From assembly GCA_024762995.1 (NCBI GenBank), contig JANTGI010000001.1, positions 29,971-93,970 on the forward strand: a stretch of 64,000 nt of DNA, in the 5' to 3' direction. The position numbers were made by a program, and so were the translations under genes. The notes under the pieces are model-generated. The model searched no databases, was not told the DNA's origin, and saw nothing but the letters and a program-made list of their open reading frames with translations. How positions within the stretch are numbered: position 1 is the first letter of the stretch; each line of letters begins with the position of its first letter. This stretch comes from Saprospiraceae bacterium. Lineage in GTDB: Bacteria; Bacteroidota; Bacteroidia; Chitinophagales; Saprospiraceae. Below are positions 40,295 through 52,064 of this stretch, one piece after another.

Positions 40295-40849
40295 ATGTCA
40301 AGAATAGGAAATGCACCAATATCAATCCCGAGCAACGTTGAAATTAGCGTTGATGCGGCGAATGTGGTGACGGTTAAAGGCCCCAAGGGCTCATTGACTC
40401 AGGAGGTAAATCCGGAGATCACAGTTAGTATCGAAGATGGTACTCTAAAGGTGACAAGACCTACTAATCAAGGTCGTCATAGAGCTATGCACGGCCTCTA
40501 TCGTTCACTAATCAACAACATGGTTGTTGGCGTGACCGAAGGGTATGTCAAAGAACTGGAACTAGTTGGGGTTGGTTATCGTGCTTCAAATAAAGGCAAT
40601 TTGTTGGAAATTCAAGTCGGGTACTCACATCCGATTATGTTTTACATCCCCGATGAGTTGAAGTTGGAGACCCTTGTCGAAAAAGGTAAACCACCAACAA
40701 TTCGTTTGGAAGGTATTGATAAACAATTGATTGGTCAAGTAGCTGCAAAGATTAGAAGTTTCCGTAAGCCTGAGCCATATAAAGGTAAAGGAATTAAGTA
40801 CAAAGGAGAAATCCTTAGAAGAAAGGCAGGTAAGACTGCTGCTAAATAA
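40295..40849 (+). CDS. rplF: 50S ribosomal protein L6
   Basis: 184 aa with MSRIGNAPISIP and EPYKGKGI. Confidence 0.97.
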   Translation: MSRIGNAPISIPSNVEISVDAANVVTVKGPKGSLTQEVNPEITVSIEDGTLKVTRPTNQGRHRAMHGLYRSLINNMVVGVTEGYVKELELVGVGYRASNKGNLLEIQVGYSHPIMFYIPDELKLETLVEKGKPPTIRLEGIDKQLIGQVAAKIRSFRKPEPYKGKGIKYKGEILRRKAGKTAAK

Positions 40850-40867
40850 ACGAGAAGAATTTTTAGC

Positions 40868-41209
40868 ATGAAAAAGATAACAACAAGAAAGCGCATACAT
40901 ATGCGTATTCGTAAGAAAGTAAAAGGAACTTCTGAAAGACCTAGATTAAATGTCTTTAGAAGCAATAATCATATCTATTGTCAGTTAATTGATGATAGAA
41001 ATGGTGTTACTTTAGCCGGAGCTTCTTCTAAGGAAGTGAGTGATGCCGGTACCAAAAAGGATATTGCTAAGCGTGTAGGCGAAATAATTGCAGAGCGTGC
41101 CTTGGCGCTATCTATTGATTCGTCTGTTTTTGATAGAGGTGGATATCTTTATCACGGAAGGGTAAAAGCCTTGGCAGAAGGTGCCCGCAGCAAAGGACTA
41201 CAATTTTAA
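40868..41209 (+). CDS. rplR: 50S ribosomal protein L18
   Basis: 113 aa. L18-like ([40 protein letters not shown]). Confidence 0.96.
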   Translation: MKKITTRKRIHMRIRKKVKGTSERPRLNVFRSNNHIYCQLIDDRNGVTLAGASSKEVSDAGTKKDIAKRVGEIIAERALALSIDSSVFDRGGYLYHGRVKALAEGARSKGLQF

Positions 41210-41230
41210 TTCACACCATACATTATCATA

Positions 41231-41767
41231 ATGGCCAGAGAAAGAAAAAACAATAAAGGAAAACAGGACAATAGAGCTAATTCGGACAGTAATTTGGAAG
41301 ATAGACTAGTTACTGTTAATCGGGTAGCCAAGGTTACTAAGGGAGGACGTACCTTTAGTTTTGCCGCCATAGTTGTCGTGGGCGACGGTGATGGTACTGT
41401 TGGCCATGGATTAGGTAAAGCCAGACAGGTTTCAGAAGCTATTGCAAAAGCAATTGAAGATGCAAAAAGAAATTTAGTCAAGGTACCCGTACATAATGGT
41501 ACGATTCCCCATGAACAGAATGGAAAATTCAGTGCGGCCAGGGTTTTTATTAAGCCGGCTTCCAGTGGTACCGGTGTAATTGCCGGTGGTGCGATGCGTG
41601 CCGTTCTTGAATTGGCCGGTGTCCATAACGTATTGGCGAAGTCTATCGGATCTAGTAACCCGCATAACGTTGTGAAAGCAACTATTGATGCGTTATTAAA
41701 ACTCAGATCTCCAATTACCATTTCTAAACAGCGTAACGTACCTGTTGGTAAGGTATTTAACGGATAA
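41231..41767 (+). CDS. rpsE: 30S ribosomal protein S5
   Basis: 178 aa. S5-like ([24 protein letters not shown]) with a basic N-terminal extension. Confidence 0.96.
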   Translation: MARERKNNKGKQDNRANSDSNLEDRLVTVNRVAKVTKGGRTFSFAAIVVVGDGDGTVGHGLGKARQVSEAIAKAIEDAKRNLVKVPVHNGTIPHEQNGKFSAARVFIKPASSGTGVIAGGAMRAVLELAGVHNVLAKSIGSSNPHNVVKATIDALLKLRSPITISKQRNVPVGKVFNG

Positions 41768-41778
41768 ATGATATCAAC

Positions 41779-41958
41779 ATGGAAAGGATAAAAGTCACAC
41801 AGGTAAAAAGTGCTATTGACCGTAATAAGCGTCAAAAAAATACACTTAAAGCCCTAGGATTGAAAAAAATTAATCAAACTGTTGAGCATAATGCTACACC
41901 GCAAATTTTGGGTATGGTAGCAAAAGTAGCGCATTTGGTTGTAACTGAAGAAGTATAA
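41779..41958 (+). CDS. rpmD: 50S ribosomal protein L30
   Basis: 59-aa ORF that I translated by hand; it is below the ORF-track cutoff. The product is MERIKVTQVKSAIDRNKRQKNTLKALGLKKINQTVEHNATPQILGMVAKVAHLVVTEEV. It is L30-like and sits in the canonical slot between rpsE and rplO. Confidence 0.9.
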   Translation: MERIKVTQVKSAIDRNKRQKNTLKALGLKKINQTVEHNATPQILGMVAKVAHLVVTEEV

Positions 41959-41988
41959 CTTTCTTAGAAGGTTTAAAAATTGTAACTG

Positions 41989-42438
41989 ATGAAACTTAAT
42001 GATTTAAGGCCTGCAAAAGGGGCTGTACATTCGACAAAAAGAATTGGTAGAGGACAAGGGTCAGGAAGAGGAGGCACTTCTACACGAGGTCATAAAGGAC
42101 AAAAATCCCGTTCAGGCTATAGCAGAAAGCGTGGCTTCGAAGGTGGACAATTACCACTGCAAGCTCGTTTGCCGAAGAGAGGCTTTAATTCTCGTAACAG
42201 AATAGCATATGTACCGTTAAACTTCTCTCGAATCCAGGAGATTGCTGAGAAATACAACCTAGATAACATTACTTTGGATGTTTTACGGGACAATGGTATC
42301 CTAAGAAAGAATGAATTGGTTAAAATTTTGGCCTACGGAGAATTGAAGAAGGGAGTTTCTGTTGAGGCACATGCGGCATCTAAAAAAGCCGTTGAGTTGA
42401 TGGAGCGCTTTGGAGGAAGTATTTCTTTCATAAAGTGA
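41989..42438 (+). CDS. rplO: 50S ribosomal protein L15
   Basis: 149 aa with MKLNDLRPAKGA, a G/R-rich N-terminal region and GFEGGQ. Confidence 0.96.
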   Translation: MKLNDLRPAKGAVHSTKRIGRGQGSGRGGTSTRGHKGQKSRSGYSRKRGFEGGQLPLQARLPKRGFNSRNRIAYVPLNFSRIQEIAEKYNLDNITLDVLRDNGILRKNELVKILAYGELKKGVSVEAHAASKKAVELMERFGGSISFIK

Positions 42439-42568
42439 ATGGGCTGCTGTTAGGATAAAAATTGGTGGTTTCTGAGTGGATAGAAAGCACCAAATGAGAT
42501 AAAAGTAGGAGACAAAAAATGATACTTCTTGATAGAGTTAGTATCTAAGCCGAAAATAAGAAAATCAG

Positions 42569-43933
42569 ATGAATCGATTAATTAATACGCTGAAGAATAT
42601 CTGGAAGATTGAAGAGCTTCGTAAGAGAATTCTTGTAACTCTTGGCCTTATCCTTGTTTATAGGATTGGGGCTTTTATTGTTCTACCCGGAGTTGTCGCT
42701 TCCAAGATTTCCATGGGTAATCCAGATAATCCCGGGGATATTGTTCAGATAATTAACATGTTTACTGGTGGTGCTTTTAAAGCGGCATCTATATTTGCTT
42801 TGGGGATTATGCCTTATATCACGGCATCTATTGTCATTCAGGTCTTAGGTTTTGCAGTGCCGTATTTTCAACGGCTACAAACGAAGGAAGGGGAGTCAGG
42901 GAGAAAAAAGATAACACAAATAACAAGGATACTAACCGTTTTTATCACCTTGGTGCAAGGTAGTGCTTATTTGACGATGATTTCATCAAAAGGAGCTATT
43001 GACCCTAATGTCAGTGTATCGGTATTTTGGTTCTCAAATATCATTATCTTAATGACAGGGACTATTTTTGCCATGTGGCTTGGAGAGCGTATAACGGAAC
43101 GCGGGGTTGGAAATGGGGTGTCCATTTTAATCTTGATTGGTATTATTTCCAGATTGCCACAGTCATTTATTACGGAGTTTACATCAAAAATTGGTAAGAA
43201 TGGAGGCTTGGTTGCCTTTGTGTTGGAGATGGTCTTCTTATTCTTAGTAGTATTAGCTACGGTAATGATTACGCAGGCTATTAGACGGATACCCATACAA
43301 TTTGCCAAAAGAATGGTGGGACGTGGGACGTCCAATATGCCTGTGGCCGGTGCCCGTGATTTTATTCCGATTAAGTTAAATGCTTCCGGTGTAATGCCTA
43401 TCATTTTTGCGCAAGCTTTGATGATGCTACCGGCGATGATTGGTGGTTTCTTTTCAAAGAGTGGAACACCCAATAGCTTTGTAATGTCCTTAAGTGATTT
43501 TACTTCGGTGCCTTACAATGTCATATACTTTGTTTTGATTGTGTTGTTTACTTATGTTTATACTGCTTTGATTGTAGATCCCAAGCAGTATTCGGAGTAT
43601 CTGAAACAACAAAATGCGTTTATTCCCGGGGTAAAACCAGGGCGGAGTACCGCAGAATTCATCGATACAATTACAAGTAGAATAACCTTGCCCGGAGCCA
43701 TATTCTTAGGTATTATTGCCATTATGCCGGCTTTCGCAAATATTTTTGGTGTAAACCGTGCATTTGCTTATTTCTTTGGAGGAACTTCCTTGTTGATTTT
43801 AGTTGGGGTTGCCTTAGATACTTTGCAGCAAATTGAAAGCTACTTGTTGATGAGAAAATACGACGGTTTGATTAAATCCGGTAAGTTACAGGGTAGAGGT
43901 AGTGGTTTACAAGGTATTGGTGCAAGCATGTAA
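42569..43933 (+). CDS. secY: preprotein translocase subunit SecY
   Basis: 454-aa polytopic membrane protein. It has SecY motifs (LGIMPYITASIVIQ, GNGVSILI) and the spc-operon position. Confidence 0.96.
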   Translation: MNRLINTLKNIWKIEELRKRILVTLGLILVYRIGAFIVLPGVVASKISMGNPDNPGDIVQIINMFTGGAFKAASIFALGIMPYITASIVIQVLGFAVPYFQRLQTKEGESGRKKITQITRILTVFITLVQGSAYLTMISSKGAIDPNVSVSVFWFSNIIILMTGTIFAMWLGERITERGVGNGVSILILIGIISRLPQSFITEFTSKIGKNGGLVAFVLEMVFLFLVVLATVMITQAIRRIPIQFAKRMVGRGTSNMPVAGARDFIPIKLNASGVMPIIFAQALMMLPAMIGGFFSKSGTPNSFVMSLSDFTSVPYNVIYFVLIVLFTYVYTALIVDPKQYSEYLKQQNAFIPGVKPGRSTAEFIDTITSRITLPGAIFLGIIAIMPAFANIFGVNRAFAYFFGGTSLLILVGVALDTLQQIESYLLMRKYDGLIKSGKLQGRGSGLQGIGASM

Positions 43934-43953
43934 TTGCACTCAAGAAAAGGTTG

Positions 43954-44751
43954 ATGATATACTATAAGACAGAGGAGGAAGTTGAACTAATTCGCGAAAG
44001 CTGTTTGATGGTTTGTAAGACTTTGGCCTACGCTGGCTCTTTACTAAAGCCGGGAATTACAGGAGCTGAAATTGATGCCAAAGCAGAAGAATTTATCCGT
44101 GACAATGGAGGAATACCCGGTTTTAAAGGGTATGGAGGATTTCCGGGGACTCTCTGTATTTCTGTAAATGAACAAGTCGTTCATGGGATACCAAGTGATA
44201 AGGAATTTAAGGATGGAGATATTATCTCTTTAGATTGTGGAGTCATCATGAATGATTACAATGGTGATGCCGCCTATACATTTGCATTGGGGGATGTGAA
44301 AGAGGAGACGATGAAGCTCTTGAGAGTTACCAAAGAATCCCTATATCGGGGTATTGGGCAAGCGGTAAAAGGTAGAAGAATAGGAGATATTGGGTATGCC
44401 ATTCAGGATTTTGCTGAAAAGCAAGAAGGATACGGTATCGTGCGAGAATTAGTCGGGCATGGAATAGGAAAAGCGTTACATGAAGATCCCGAAGTGCCGA
44501 ATTTTGGAAGAAGAGGGCGTGGTATTTTGTTAAAAGAGAATTTGGTTATCGCTATCGAACCGATGGTGAATTTGAAAACCAAGCAGGTCGTACAAGAAAA
44601 TGATGGTTGGACGATCAGAACGAAAGATAGACAACCGTCTGCACACTACGAGCATACCGTTGTTGTTAGGAAAAATCAAGCAGAGATACTCTCAGATCAT
44701 TCTTTTATTGAAGAAATGATAAAAACTAACAAAGAACTCAAGCAAGTTTAG
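43954..44751 (+). CDS. map: type I methionine aminopeptidase
   Basis: 265 aa. Metal-binding context is present ([16 protein letters not shown]). It follows secY with no adk between them, as is common in Bacteroidota. Confidence 0.93.
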   Translation: MIYYKTEEEVELIRESCLMVCKTLAYAGSLLKPGITGAEIDAKAEEFIRDNGGIPGFKGYGGFPGTLCISVNEQVVHGIPSDKEFKDGDIISLDCGVIMNDYNGDAAYTFALGDVKEETMKLLRVTKESLYRGIGQAVKGRRIGDIGYAIQDFAEKQEGYGIVRELVGHGIGKALHEDPEVPNFGRRGRGILLKENLVIAIEPMVNLKTKQVVQENDGWTIRTKDRQPSAHYEHTVVVRKNQAEILSDHSFIEEMIKTNKELKQV

Positions 44752-44762
44752 TTTTTTTTTTG

Positions 44763-44770
44763 TATCTTTG
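44763..44770 (+). promoter_or_regulatory. candidate -7 promoter box (TAtcTTTG) upstream of infA
   Basis: TATCTTTG ends 17 nt before the infA ATG, which implies a very short leader. Confidence 0.35.
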
Positions 44771-44786
44771 CACTCCGAATTTTGAT

Positions 44787-45005
44787 ATGGCAAAGAAAAA
44801 CTTAATAAAACAGGACGGAACGATTGAAGAGGCATTGTCTAACGCAATGTTCCGCGTAAGGTTAGAAAATGGCCATTTAATTGTGGCTACAATCTCCGGT
44901 AAAATGCGTATGCACTTCATTCGTATCCTTCCCGGTGATAAAGTAGCTGTGGAAATGTCTCCTTATGATTTGACAAGGGGGCGAATTACTTATCGTTACA
45001 AATAA
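44787..45005 (+). CDS. infA: translation initiation factor IF-1
   Basis: 72 aa. [17 protein letters not shown]...[16 protein letters not shown] forms an S1-like OB fold. The internal ATG is preferred over the track start. Confidence 0.96.
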   Translation: MAKKNLIKQDGTIEEALSNAMFRVRLENGHLIVATISGKMRMHFIRILPGDKVAVEMSPYDLTRGRITYRYK

Positions 45006-45012
45006 CTTAGTT

Positions 45013-45129
45013 ATGAAAGTGAGAGCTTCTGTAAAAAAACGCTCAAGTACGAGCAAGATAGTACGTCGGAAGGGGCGCGTGTATGTCATTGACAAAAAGA
45101 ACCCTAGATTTAAACAACGTCAAGGATAA
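45013..45129 (+). CDS. rpmJ: 50S ribosomal protein L36
   Basis: 38-aa ORF that I translated by hand: [38 protein letters not shown]. It has the L36 signature, is the non-zinc type, and sits between infA and rpsM. Confidence 0.9.
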   Translation: MKVRASVKKRSSTSKIVRRKGRVYVIDKKNPRFKQRQG

Positions 45130-45134
45130 GAATT

Positions 45135-45512
45135 ATGGCAAGAATTGCAGGTATTGATTTACCAAAAAACAAAATAGGCGCAGTCGGTCTTACCTATATT
45201 TATGGTATTGGACGCTCTGGTGCTAAGGCAATCTTGGATGCTGCTAATATTGATCATGATGTGAAGGTCAAGGACTGGACAGATGAAAATGTTTTAGCGA
45301 TTTCTAAGATTATTGCGGATGATTATACCGTAGAAGGTGAACTGAGATCAGAAGTACAATCAAACATTAAACGTTTGATGGACATAGTTAGTTACAGAGG
45401 GTTAAGACACCGTAAGGGGCTGCCGGTAAGAGGACAACGTACCAAAACTAACGCACGGACTAGAAAAGGACGTAAGAAAACAGTTGCAAACAAGAAAAAA
45501 GTAACTAAGTAA
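45135..45512 (+). CDS. rpsM: 30S ribosomal protein S13
   Basis: 125 aa with [10 protein letters not shown] and [20 protein letters not shown]. Confidence 0.97.
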   Translation: MARIAGIDLPKNKIGAVGLTYIYGIGRSGAKAILDAANIDHDVKVKDWTDENVLAISKIIADDYTVEGELRSEVQSNIKRLMDIVSYRGLRHRKGLPVRGQRTKTNARTRKGRKKTVANKKKVTK

Positions 45513-45529
45513 TCCTAAATAGCAAATAA

Positions 45530-45916
45530 ATGGCAAAGGGAAAAAAGTCAACAAAAAAGAAGCTTAGAGTCGAACCGGAAGGACTTGTCTATATCAAGGC
45601 GAGTTTCAATAATATTATTGTGACGGTGACCAGTAAAGCAGGAAAAGTAATCAGTTGGTCGTCTGCCGGTAAAGGTGGGTTTAGAGGTTCTAAAAAGAAT
45701 ACTCCTTATGCAGCACAAGTCGCTGCCAACGATTGCGGAAAGATTGCTTATGATGCAGGTATGAGAACTGCCAAGGTGTTTGTGAAAGGACCGGGGGCAG
45801 GAAGAGAAGCTGCTATTAGAGCAATCGATACTTTGGGAATTAAGGTGACAAAGATTATTGATGTAACGCCTATTCCTCATAACGGATGCCGTCCACCGAA
45901 GAAGAGACGTGTTTAA
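45530..45916 (+). CDS. rpsK: 30S ribosomal protein S11
   Basis: 128 aa. S11-like ([26 protein letters not shown]). Confidence 0.97.
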   Translation: MAKGKKSTKKKLRVEPEGLVYIKASFNNIIVTVTSKAGKVISWSSAGKGGFRGSKKNTPYAAQVAANDCGKIAYDAGMRTAKVFVKGPGAGREAAIRAIDTLGIKVTKIIDVTPIPHNGCRPPKKRRV

Positions 45917-45941
45917 TTAATTTGCGAAAGACTTAACAATT

Positions 45942-46550
45942 ATGGCAAGATATACTGGCCCAACAACAAAAAAGGCAAGAGCTCTAGGAGAAGCTATCTT
46001 TGGCTACGATAAGAGCTTTGATAAGAAAAAATATGGCCCTGGTCAACATGGACAGTCTAGAAGACGTCAAAAGTCTGACTATGGGTTACAGTTATTGGAA
46101 AAACAAAAGGCAAAGTTTACTTATGGTCTTTTGGAACGCCAATTCAGAAATCTTTTCAAAAAGGCTGCTAGTAAGCAAGGAGTGACAGGTGAAGTGCTTT
46201 TGCAATTCTTAGAGGCTAGATTGGATAATACGGTTTTTCGTTTAGGGATTGCTCCTACACGGAATGCGGCTAGACAGCTTGTGACCCACAAGCATATTAC
46301 CGTAAACGGTATCTTAACTAATATCCCGTCTTACACCTTGCGTCCGGGAGATGTAGTGGCTGTACGGGCTAAATCAAGAGGAAAAGAAGTCATCGTGAAT
46401 TCTATCGAAAATAATTCTGATGTAAAGAAATTCTCTTGGTTAGAATGGAATCCGGATACGTTTCAAGGGGTTTTTCTTGCGCTACCGCAGAGAAACGAAA
46501 TACCTGAGAATATCAATGAGCAATTGATTGTTGAATTGTATTCTAAGTAA
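45942..46550 (+). CDS. rpsD: 30S ribosomal protein S4
   Basis: 202 aa with MARYTGP and an S4 RNA-binding domain ([10 protein letters not shown]). Confidence 0.97.
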   Translation: MARYTGPTTKKARALGEAIFGYDKSFDKKKYGPGQHGQSRRRQKSDYGLQLLEKQKAKFTYGLLERQFRNLFKKAASKQGVTGEVLLQFLEARLDNTVFRLGIAPTRNAARQLVTHKHITVNGILTNIPSYTLRPGDVVAVRAKSRGKEVIVNSIENNSDVKKFSWLEWNPDTFQGVFLALPQRNEIPENINEQLIVELYSK

Positions 46551-46595
46551 TCTAGATTTTTCATCCTCTTTTTTCAATCTTGAAAACTATTATCT

Positions 46596-47594
46596 ATGGC
46601 TATTATTCCATTTACTAAACCGGAAAAAATCTTGCTTCAAAAAGCGAATGATTTTGAAGGTTCGTTTGAATTCAAGCCCCTTGAGCCTGGGTATGGTCAA
46701 ACTATAGGTAACTCCTTAAGAAGAATTCTTTTATCTTCTCTTCCGGGTTTTGCCATTTCTGCGGTTAGAATTGGTGGGGTTCAGCATGAATTTTCTACCA
46801 TTAAGGGGGTGGTTGAAGATGTGGTTGATATTATCCTGAATCTTAAGCAGGTTAGATTAAAACAACAGATTCTGGACGATGAATCTACAGAAGAAAAAAT
46901 CTACTTGACTATTTCCGGAAAGGAAGTCTTTACAGCCGGTGATATCGCCACCTATACCAATGCGTTTGTGGTGACTAATCCTGATTTGGTGATTTGTCGA
47001 ATGGAGCCTTTTGTGAGTTTGGAAATTGAGTTGACTGTCACTAAAGGACGTGGCTATGTCCTTGCGGACGAAAATTTACCTAAGGATGCCGCCATTGGTT
47101 TAATTCCGGTGGATGCGACTTATACACCGGTAAAAAAGGTGGCTTATAGAGTAGAAAATACTCGTGTGGGACAGCGTACCGATTTTGAAAAGTTAATTGT
47201 TGAGATTAAAACAGATGGTACAATCCATCCGGAGAAAGCTTTGAAGGAAGCTGCCAAAATCATGGTTCAGCACTTGATGCTTATCACAGATGAGCACATG
47301 ACCTTTGAAGATGATACAACTAAAGATGAAAATATAGTTGATGAACATATCTTGCATATGAGAAAACTACTTAAGACTTCTTTAGAAGATTTGGATTTGT
47401 CAGTAAGAGCGTACAATTGCTTGAAAGGTGCAAAAATTGACTCCCTTGGTGAGTTGGTTCAATATGAAACCCATAAACTATTGAAATTCAGAAATTTCGG
47501 TAAAAAATCACTTGTCGAAATAGAAGAACTCCTTACGGATAAAGGTTTAACATTCGGTATGGATTTGACCAAATATAAATTGGACGAAGCCTAA
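46596..47594 (+). CDS. rpoA: DNA-directed RNA polymerase subunit alpha
   Basis: 332 aa. An N-terminal dimerisation domain (GNSLRRILLSSLPG) and a C-terminal HhH domain (LSVRAYNCLK) are present. Confidence 0.96.
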   Translation: MAIIPFTKPEKILLQKANDFEGSFEFKPLEPGYGQTIGNSLRRILLSSLPGFAISAVRIGGVQHEFSTIKGVVEDVVDIILNLKQVRLKQQILDDESTEEKIYLTISGKEVFTAGDIATYTNAFVVTNPDLVICRMEPFVSLEIELTVTKGRGYVLADENLPKDAAIGLIPVDATYTPVKKVAYRVENTRVGQRTDFEKLIVEIKTDGTIHPEKALKEAAKIMVQHLMLITDEHMTFEDDTTKDENIVDEHILHMRKLLKTSLEDLDLSVRAYNCLKGAKIDSLGELVQYETHKLLKFRNFGKKSLVEIEELLTDKGLTFGMDLTKYKLDEA

Positions 47595-47668
47595 ATTTTT
47601 CATAATTGTAATGACTGTTGAGCTTCTTCATGGAGAAGTTCCGGTGTTACGAAGATAATCTTAAATAA

Positions 47669-49625
<1,957 letters not shown>

Positions 49626-49637
49626 ATTATTTAAACG

Positions 49638-49952
49638 ATGGCCAAAAAATTTATAAACCCACTTGACCCATATTTGAAAAAATTACCGCCTTTTTTCAAG
49701 AATAGGTACGTCTTGGTGATTGCATTCTTTCTGGCGTTTATGGTTTTTTTCGACAAGCATGACTTGTTGACTCAGTATAAGTTGCAACATGCCGTTGATC
49801 AATTAGAGGAGGATAAAACTTTTTATCAGGAGAAGATTAAAGAAACCAAGCAGAAACGACTGGATTTTGAAAAAAATCAAGAAAAATACGCGCGGGAAAA
49901 GTATTACGTGAAAAAGCCTAAAGAGGAAGTTTTTGTTATAGAAGAATATTGA
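49638..49952 (+). CDS. FtsB/DivIC-like septum formation initiator family protein
   Basis: 104 aa. One N-terminal TM helix is followed by a coiled coil. The gene sits immediately downstream of eno, which I recall as a common Bacteroidota arrangement. Confidence 0.65.
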   Translation: MAKKFINPLDPYLKKLPPFFKNRYVLVIAFFLAFMVFFDKHDLLTQYKLQHAVDQLEEDKTFYQEKIKETKQKRLDFEKNQEKYAREKYYVKKPKEEVFVIEEY

Positions 49953-50171
49953 TTTTATTCTTCCTTAATGTAAAAATAGTGTAACATTATGGGACTCCTG
50001 TTTTTAAGCCGCAATTGGCTTTTGATGCCCCAAAAATAGGAAATACCTGATGGTTACATAAAATCGAAGCTGCAAAAGCAATAGTGCGTGGGAAGGGGAT
50101 TGCCGAATCTTCTAGCCAAAAAAATTAATGCCAAGTAGTTTCTAATATTCAACCTAACCAAAATCAAGAAA

Positions 50172-51041
50172 ATGTCAGTTTTAGTTAATAAGGACTCTAA
50201 AGTAATCGTCCAAGGAATAACCGGAAAGGAAGGAACCTTTCATGCTACCCAGATGATTGAGTATGGAACCAATGTCGTTGGTGGGGTCACTCCCGGAAAA
50301 GGGGGTCAAATTCACTTAGATAGACCTGTTTTTAATACCGTTGAAGAAGCGGTAAAAAAGGTAGGGGCAGATGTCTCTATTATTTTTGTGCCGCCTAGGT
50401 TTGCTGCCGAAGCGATTATGGAAGCCGCTAATGCCGGTATCAAGGTCGTGGTTTGTATCACCGAGGGCATCCCTGTACAAGACATGGTCATCGCAAAGGA
50501 GTATATCAAGGATATGGATGTGACCTTAATCGGTCCTAACTGTCCGGGAGTGATTACGCCTGGAGAAGCCAAAGTGGGTATTATGCCGGGCTTTATTCAC
50601 CGAAAGGGTAGAGTCGGTATTGTTTCCAGATCCGGTACCTTGACCTATGAAGCTGTAGATCAAGTGACAAAAGCAGGTATGGGACAATCTACTTGTATTG
50701 GTATTGGTGGTGACCCCGTTCTGGGCTTGACTACTAAAATGGCTGTCGAGCAATTGATGAATGATCCGGAAACGGATGGCATCATCATGATTGGCGAGAT
50801 TGGTGGAGGTATGGAGGCAGAGGCTGCACGCTATGTGCGTGACTATGGTACCAAGCCGGTCGTTGGCTTTATCGCCGGACAAACGGCCCCCAAAGGACGA
50901 AAAATGGGCCACGCCGGTGCGATTGTCGGTGGTAAAGACGATACTGCTGCCGCAAAAATGCAAATTTTGGCTGAATGTGGTGTCCATGTGGTAAAATCCC
51001 CTGCAAATATTGGTCAAAAAATGGCTGAATTATTGGCTTAG
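50172..51041 (+). CDS. sucD: succinate--CoA ligase subunit alpha
   Basis: 289 aa with [10 protein letters not shown], the phosphohistidine loop (MGHAGAI) and SRSGTLTYE. Confidence 0.95.
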   Translation: MSVLVNKDSKVIVQGITGKEGTFHATQMIEYGTNVVGGVTPGKGGQIHLDRPVFNTVEEAVKKVGADVSIIFVPPRFAAEAIMEAANAGIKVVVCITEGIPVQDMVIAKEYIKDMDVTLIGPNCPGVITPGEAKVGIMPGFIHRKGRVGIVSRSGTLTYEAVDQVTKAGMGQSTCIGIGGDPVLGLTTKMAVEQLMNDPETDGIIMIGEIGGGMEAEAARYVRDYGTKPVVGFIAGQTAPKGRKMGHAGAIVGGKDDTAAAKMQILAECGVHVVKSPANIGQKMAELLA

Positions 51042-51094
51042 TTTGATTCATGGCCGTTAAGATGTAGCGTGGAGTTTGTATTCAGATTCCACAG

Positions 51095-51128
51095 AAAGAA
51101 CAACTGAACATCAGTTGTTCTTTTTTTT
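51095..51128 (+). terminator. rho-independent terminator after sucD
   Basis: AAAGAACAACTG-AACAT-CAGTTGTTCTTT is followed by a T-run. Confidence 0.85.
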
Positions 51129-51274
51129 GTGGCCGGGTGCAACCATGTTTTAAGCGCGGATATTAATCAGTTATGCGTATTCTTGGCTGGAATTTTAGCC
51201 CATTCGCCTTTACAAAGAATAGGCTAACATCAATTTTTCCCTAATATCAAGAACATAATTCTAACATTTTCCTC

Positions 51275-51282
51275 TATCTTTG
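51275..51282 (+). promoter_or_regulatory. candidate -7 promoter box (TAtcTTTG)
   Basis: TATCTTTG ends 12 nt before the ATG at 51294, giving a near-leaderless transcript. Confidence 0.35.
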
Positions 51283-51293
51283 TTTTCATCAAA

Positions 51294-52061
51294 ATGAAAG
51301 CAAGAATCCTACATAAAAATATCATTCAACAACTTATTGCTGCAAAGCAAAGTAACCGTAAGCTTTTTGTGGTGCTTATCGATCCGGATAAGGCGGAGGC
51401 GGGTGATTTGCAAGACATCATCACTAAAGCGGAAGCGGCAGCAGTCGATTTGTTTTTTGTGGGGGGGAGTTTGATGGTTAGCGATAGTATGGATCGCTGT
51501 CTGGAGACCATACGGTCAAAAAGCCATATTCCTTCTGTTCTTTTTCCGGGCAATCCTATCCAGTTAAGTGAAAAAGCAGACGCTTTGTTGTATTTGAGTC
51601 TTATTTCAGGTAGGAATGCGGAATTATTGATCGGCAACCATGTGGTGACGGCCCCTTTGTTGATGAGGAGCTGTGTCGAAGTAATGCCTACGGGATATAT
51701 GTTAATTGATGGCGGAGCTCCGACTACCGTTAGCTATATCAGCAATACCTTCCCCATTCCCGCCAATAAGCCAGAAATTGCGATGGCTACCGCAATGGCC
51801 GGCCAACTTCTTGGCCTAAAATTAATCTATATGGATGCCGGTAGTGGCGCACAAAATCCCGTCCCTGCAAAAATGATTGCCAAAGTTAGGGAAGCAATAG
51901 AGCTACCAATAATTGTGGGTGGTGGTATTCGTACTCCGGAACAGGCCGCAAAGGCCGCTGCAGCAGGTGCCGATATGATTGTTGTGGGTAATCAATTGGA
52001 AGAAAATGCAGAGTTGGTATTTGAAATGGCTCGCGCAGTTCATTCGCTCAATTATGCCTAG
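51294..52061 (+). CDS. geranylgeranylglyceryl/heptaprenylglyceryl phosphate synthase family protein (PcrB/GGGPS)
   Basis: 255 aa TIM-barrel family. The hallmarks are FVGGSL, IYMDAGSGA and VGGGIR, the G1P phosphate-binding loops. Confidence 0.8.
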   Translation: MKARILHKNIIQQLIAAKQSNRKLFVVLIDPDKAEAGDLQDIITKAEAAAVDLFFVGGSLMVSDSMDRCLETIRSKSHIPSVLFPGNPIQLSEKADALLYLSLISGRNAELLIGNHVVTAPLLMRSCVEVMPTGYMLIDGGAPTTVSYISNTFPIPANKPEIAMATAMAGQLLGLKLIYMDAGSGAQNPVPAKMIAKVREAIELPIIVGGGIRTPEQAAKAAAAGADMIVVGNQLEENAELVFEMARAVHSLNYA

Positions 52062-52064
52062 TCT

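Noticed and set aside
41206-41835. 209-aa ORF antisense to rpsE
   Set aside because: It lies entirely opposite a highly conserved ribosomal protein gene. It has low-complexity composition and no motifs, and is a typical shadow ORF.
50526-51017. 163-aa ORF antisense to sucD. Similar antisense ORFs lie at 42967-43473 in secY, 21508-21915 in pfkA and 14728-15141 in the TPR-like gene.
   Set aside because: All are shadow ORFs opposite genes with clear family signatures. None has recognisable motifs or independent expression signals.
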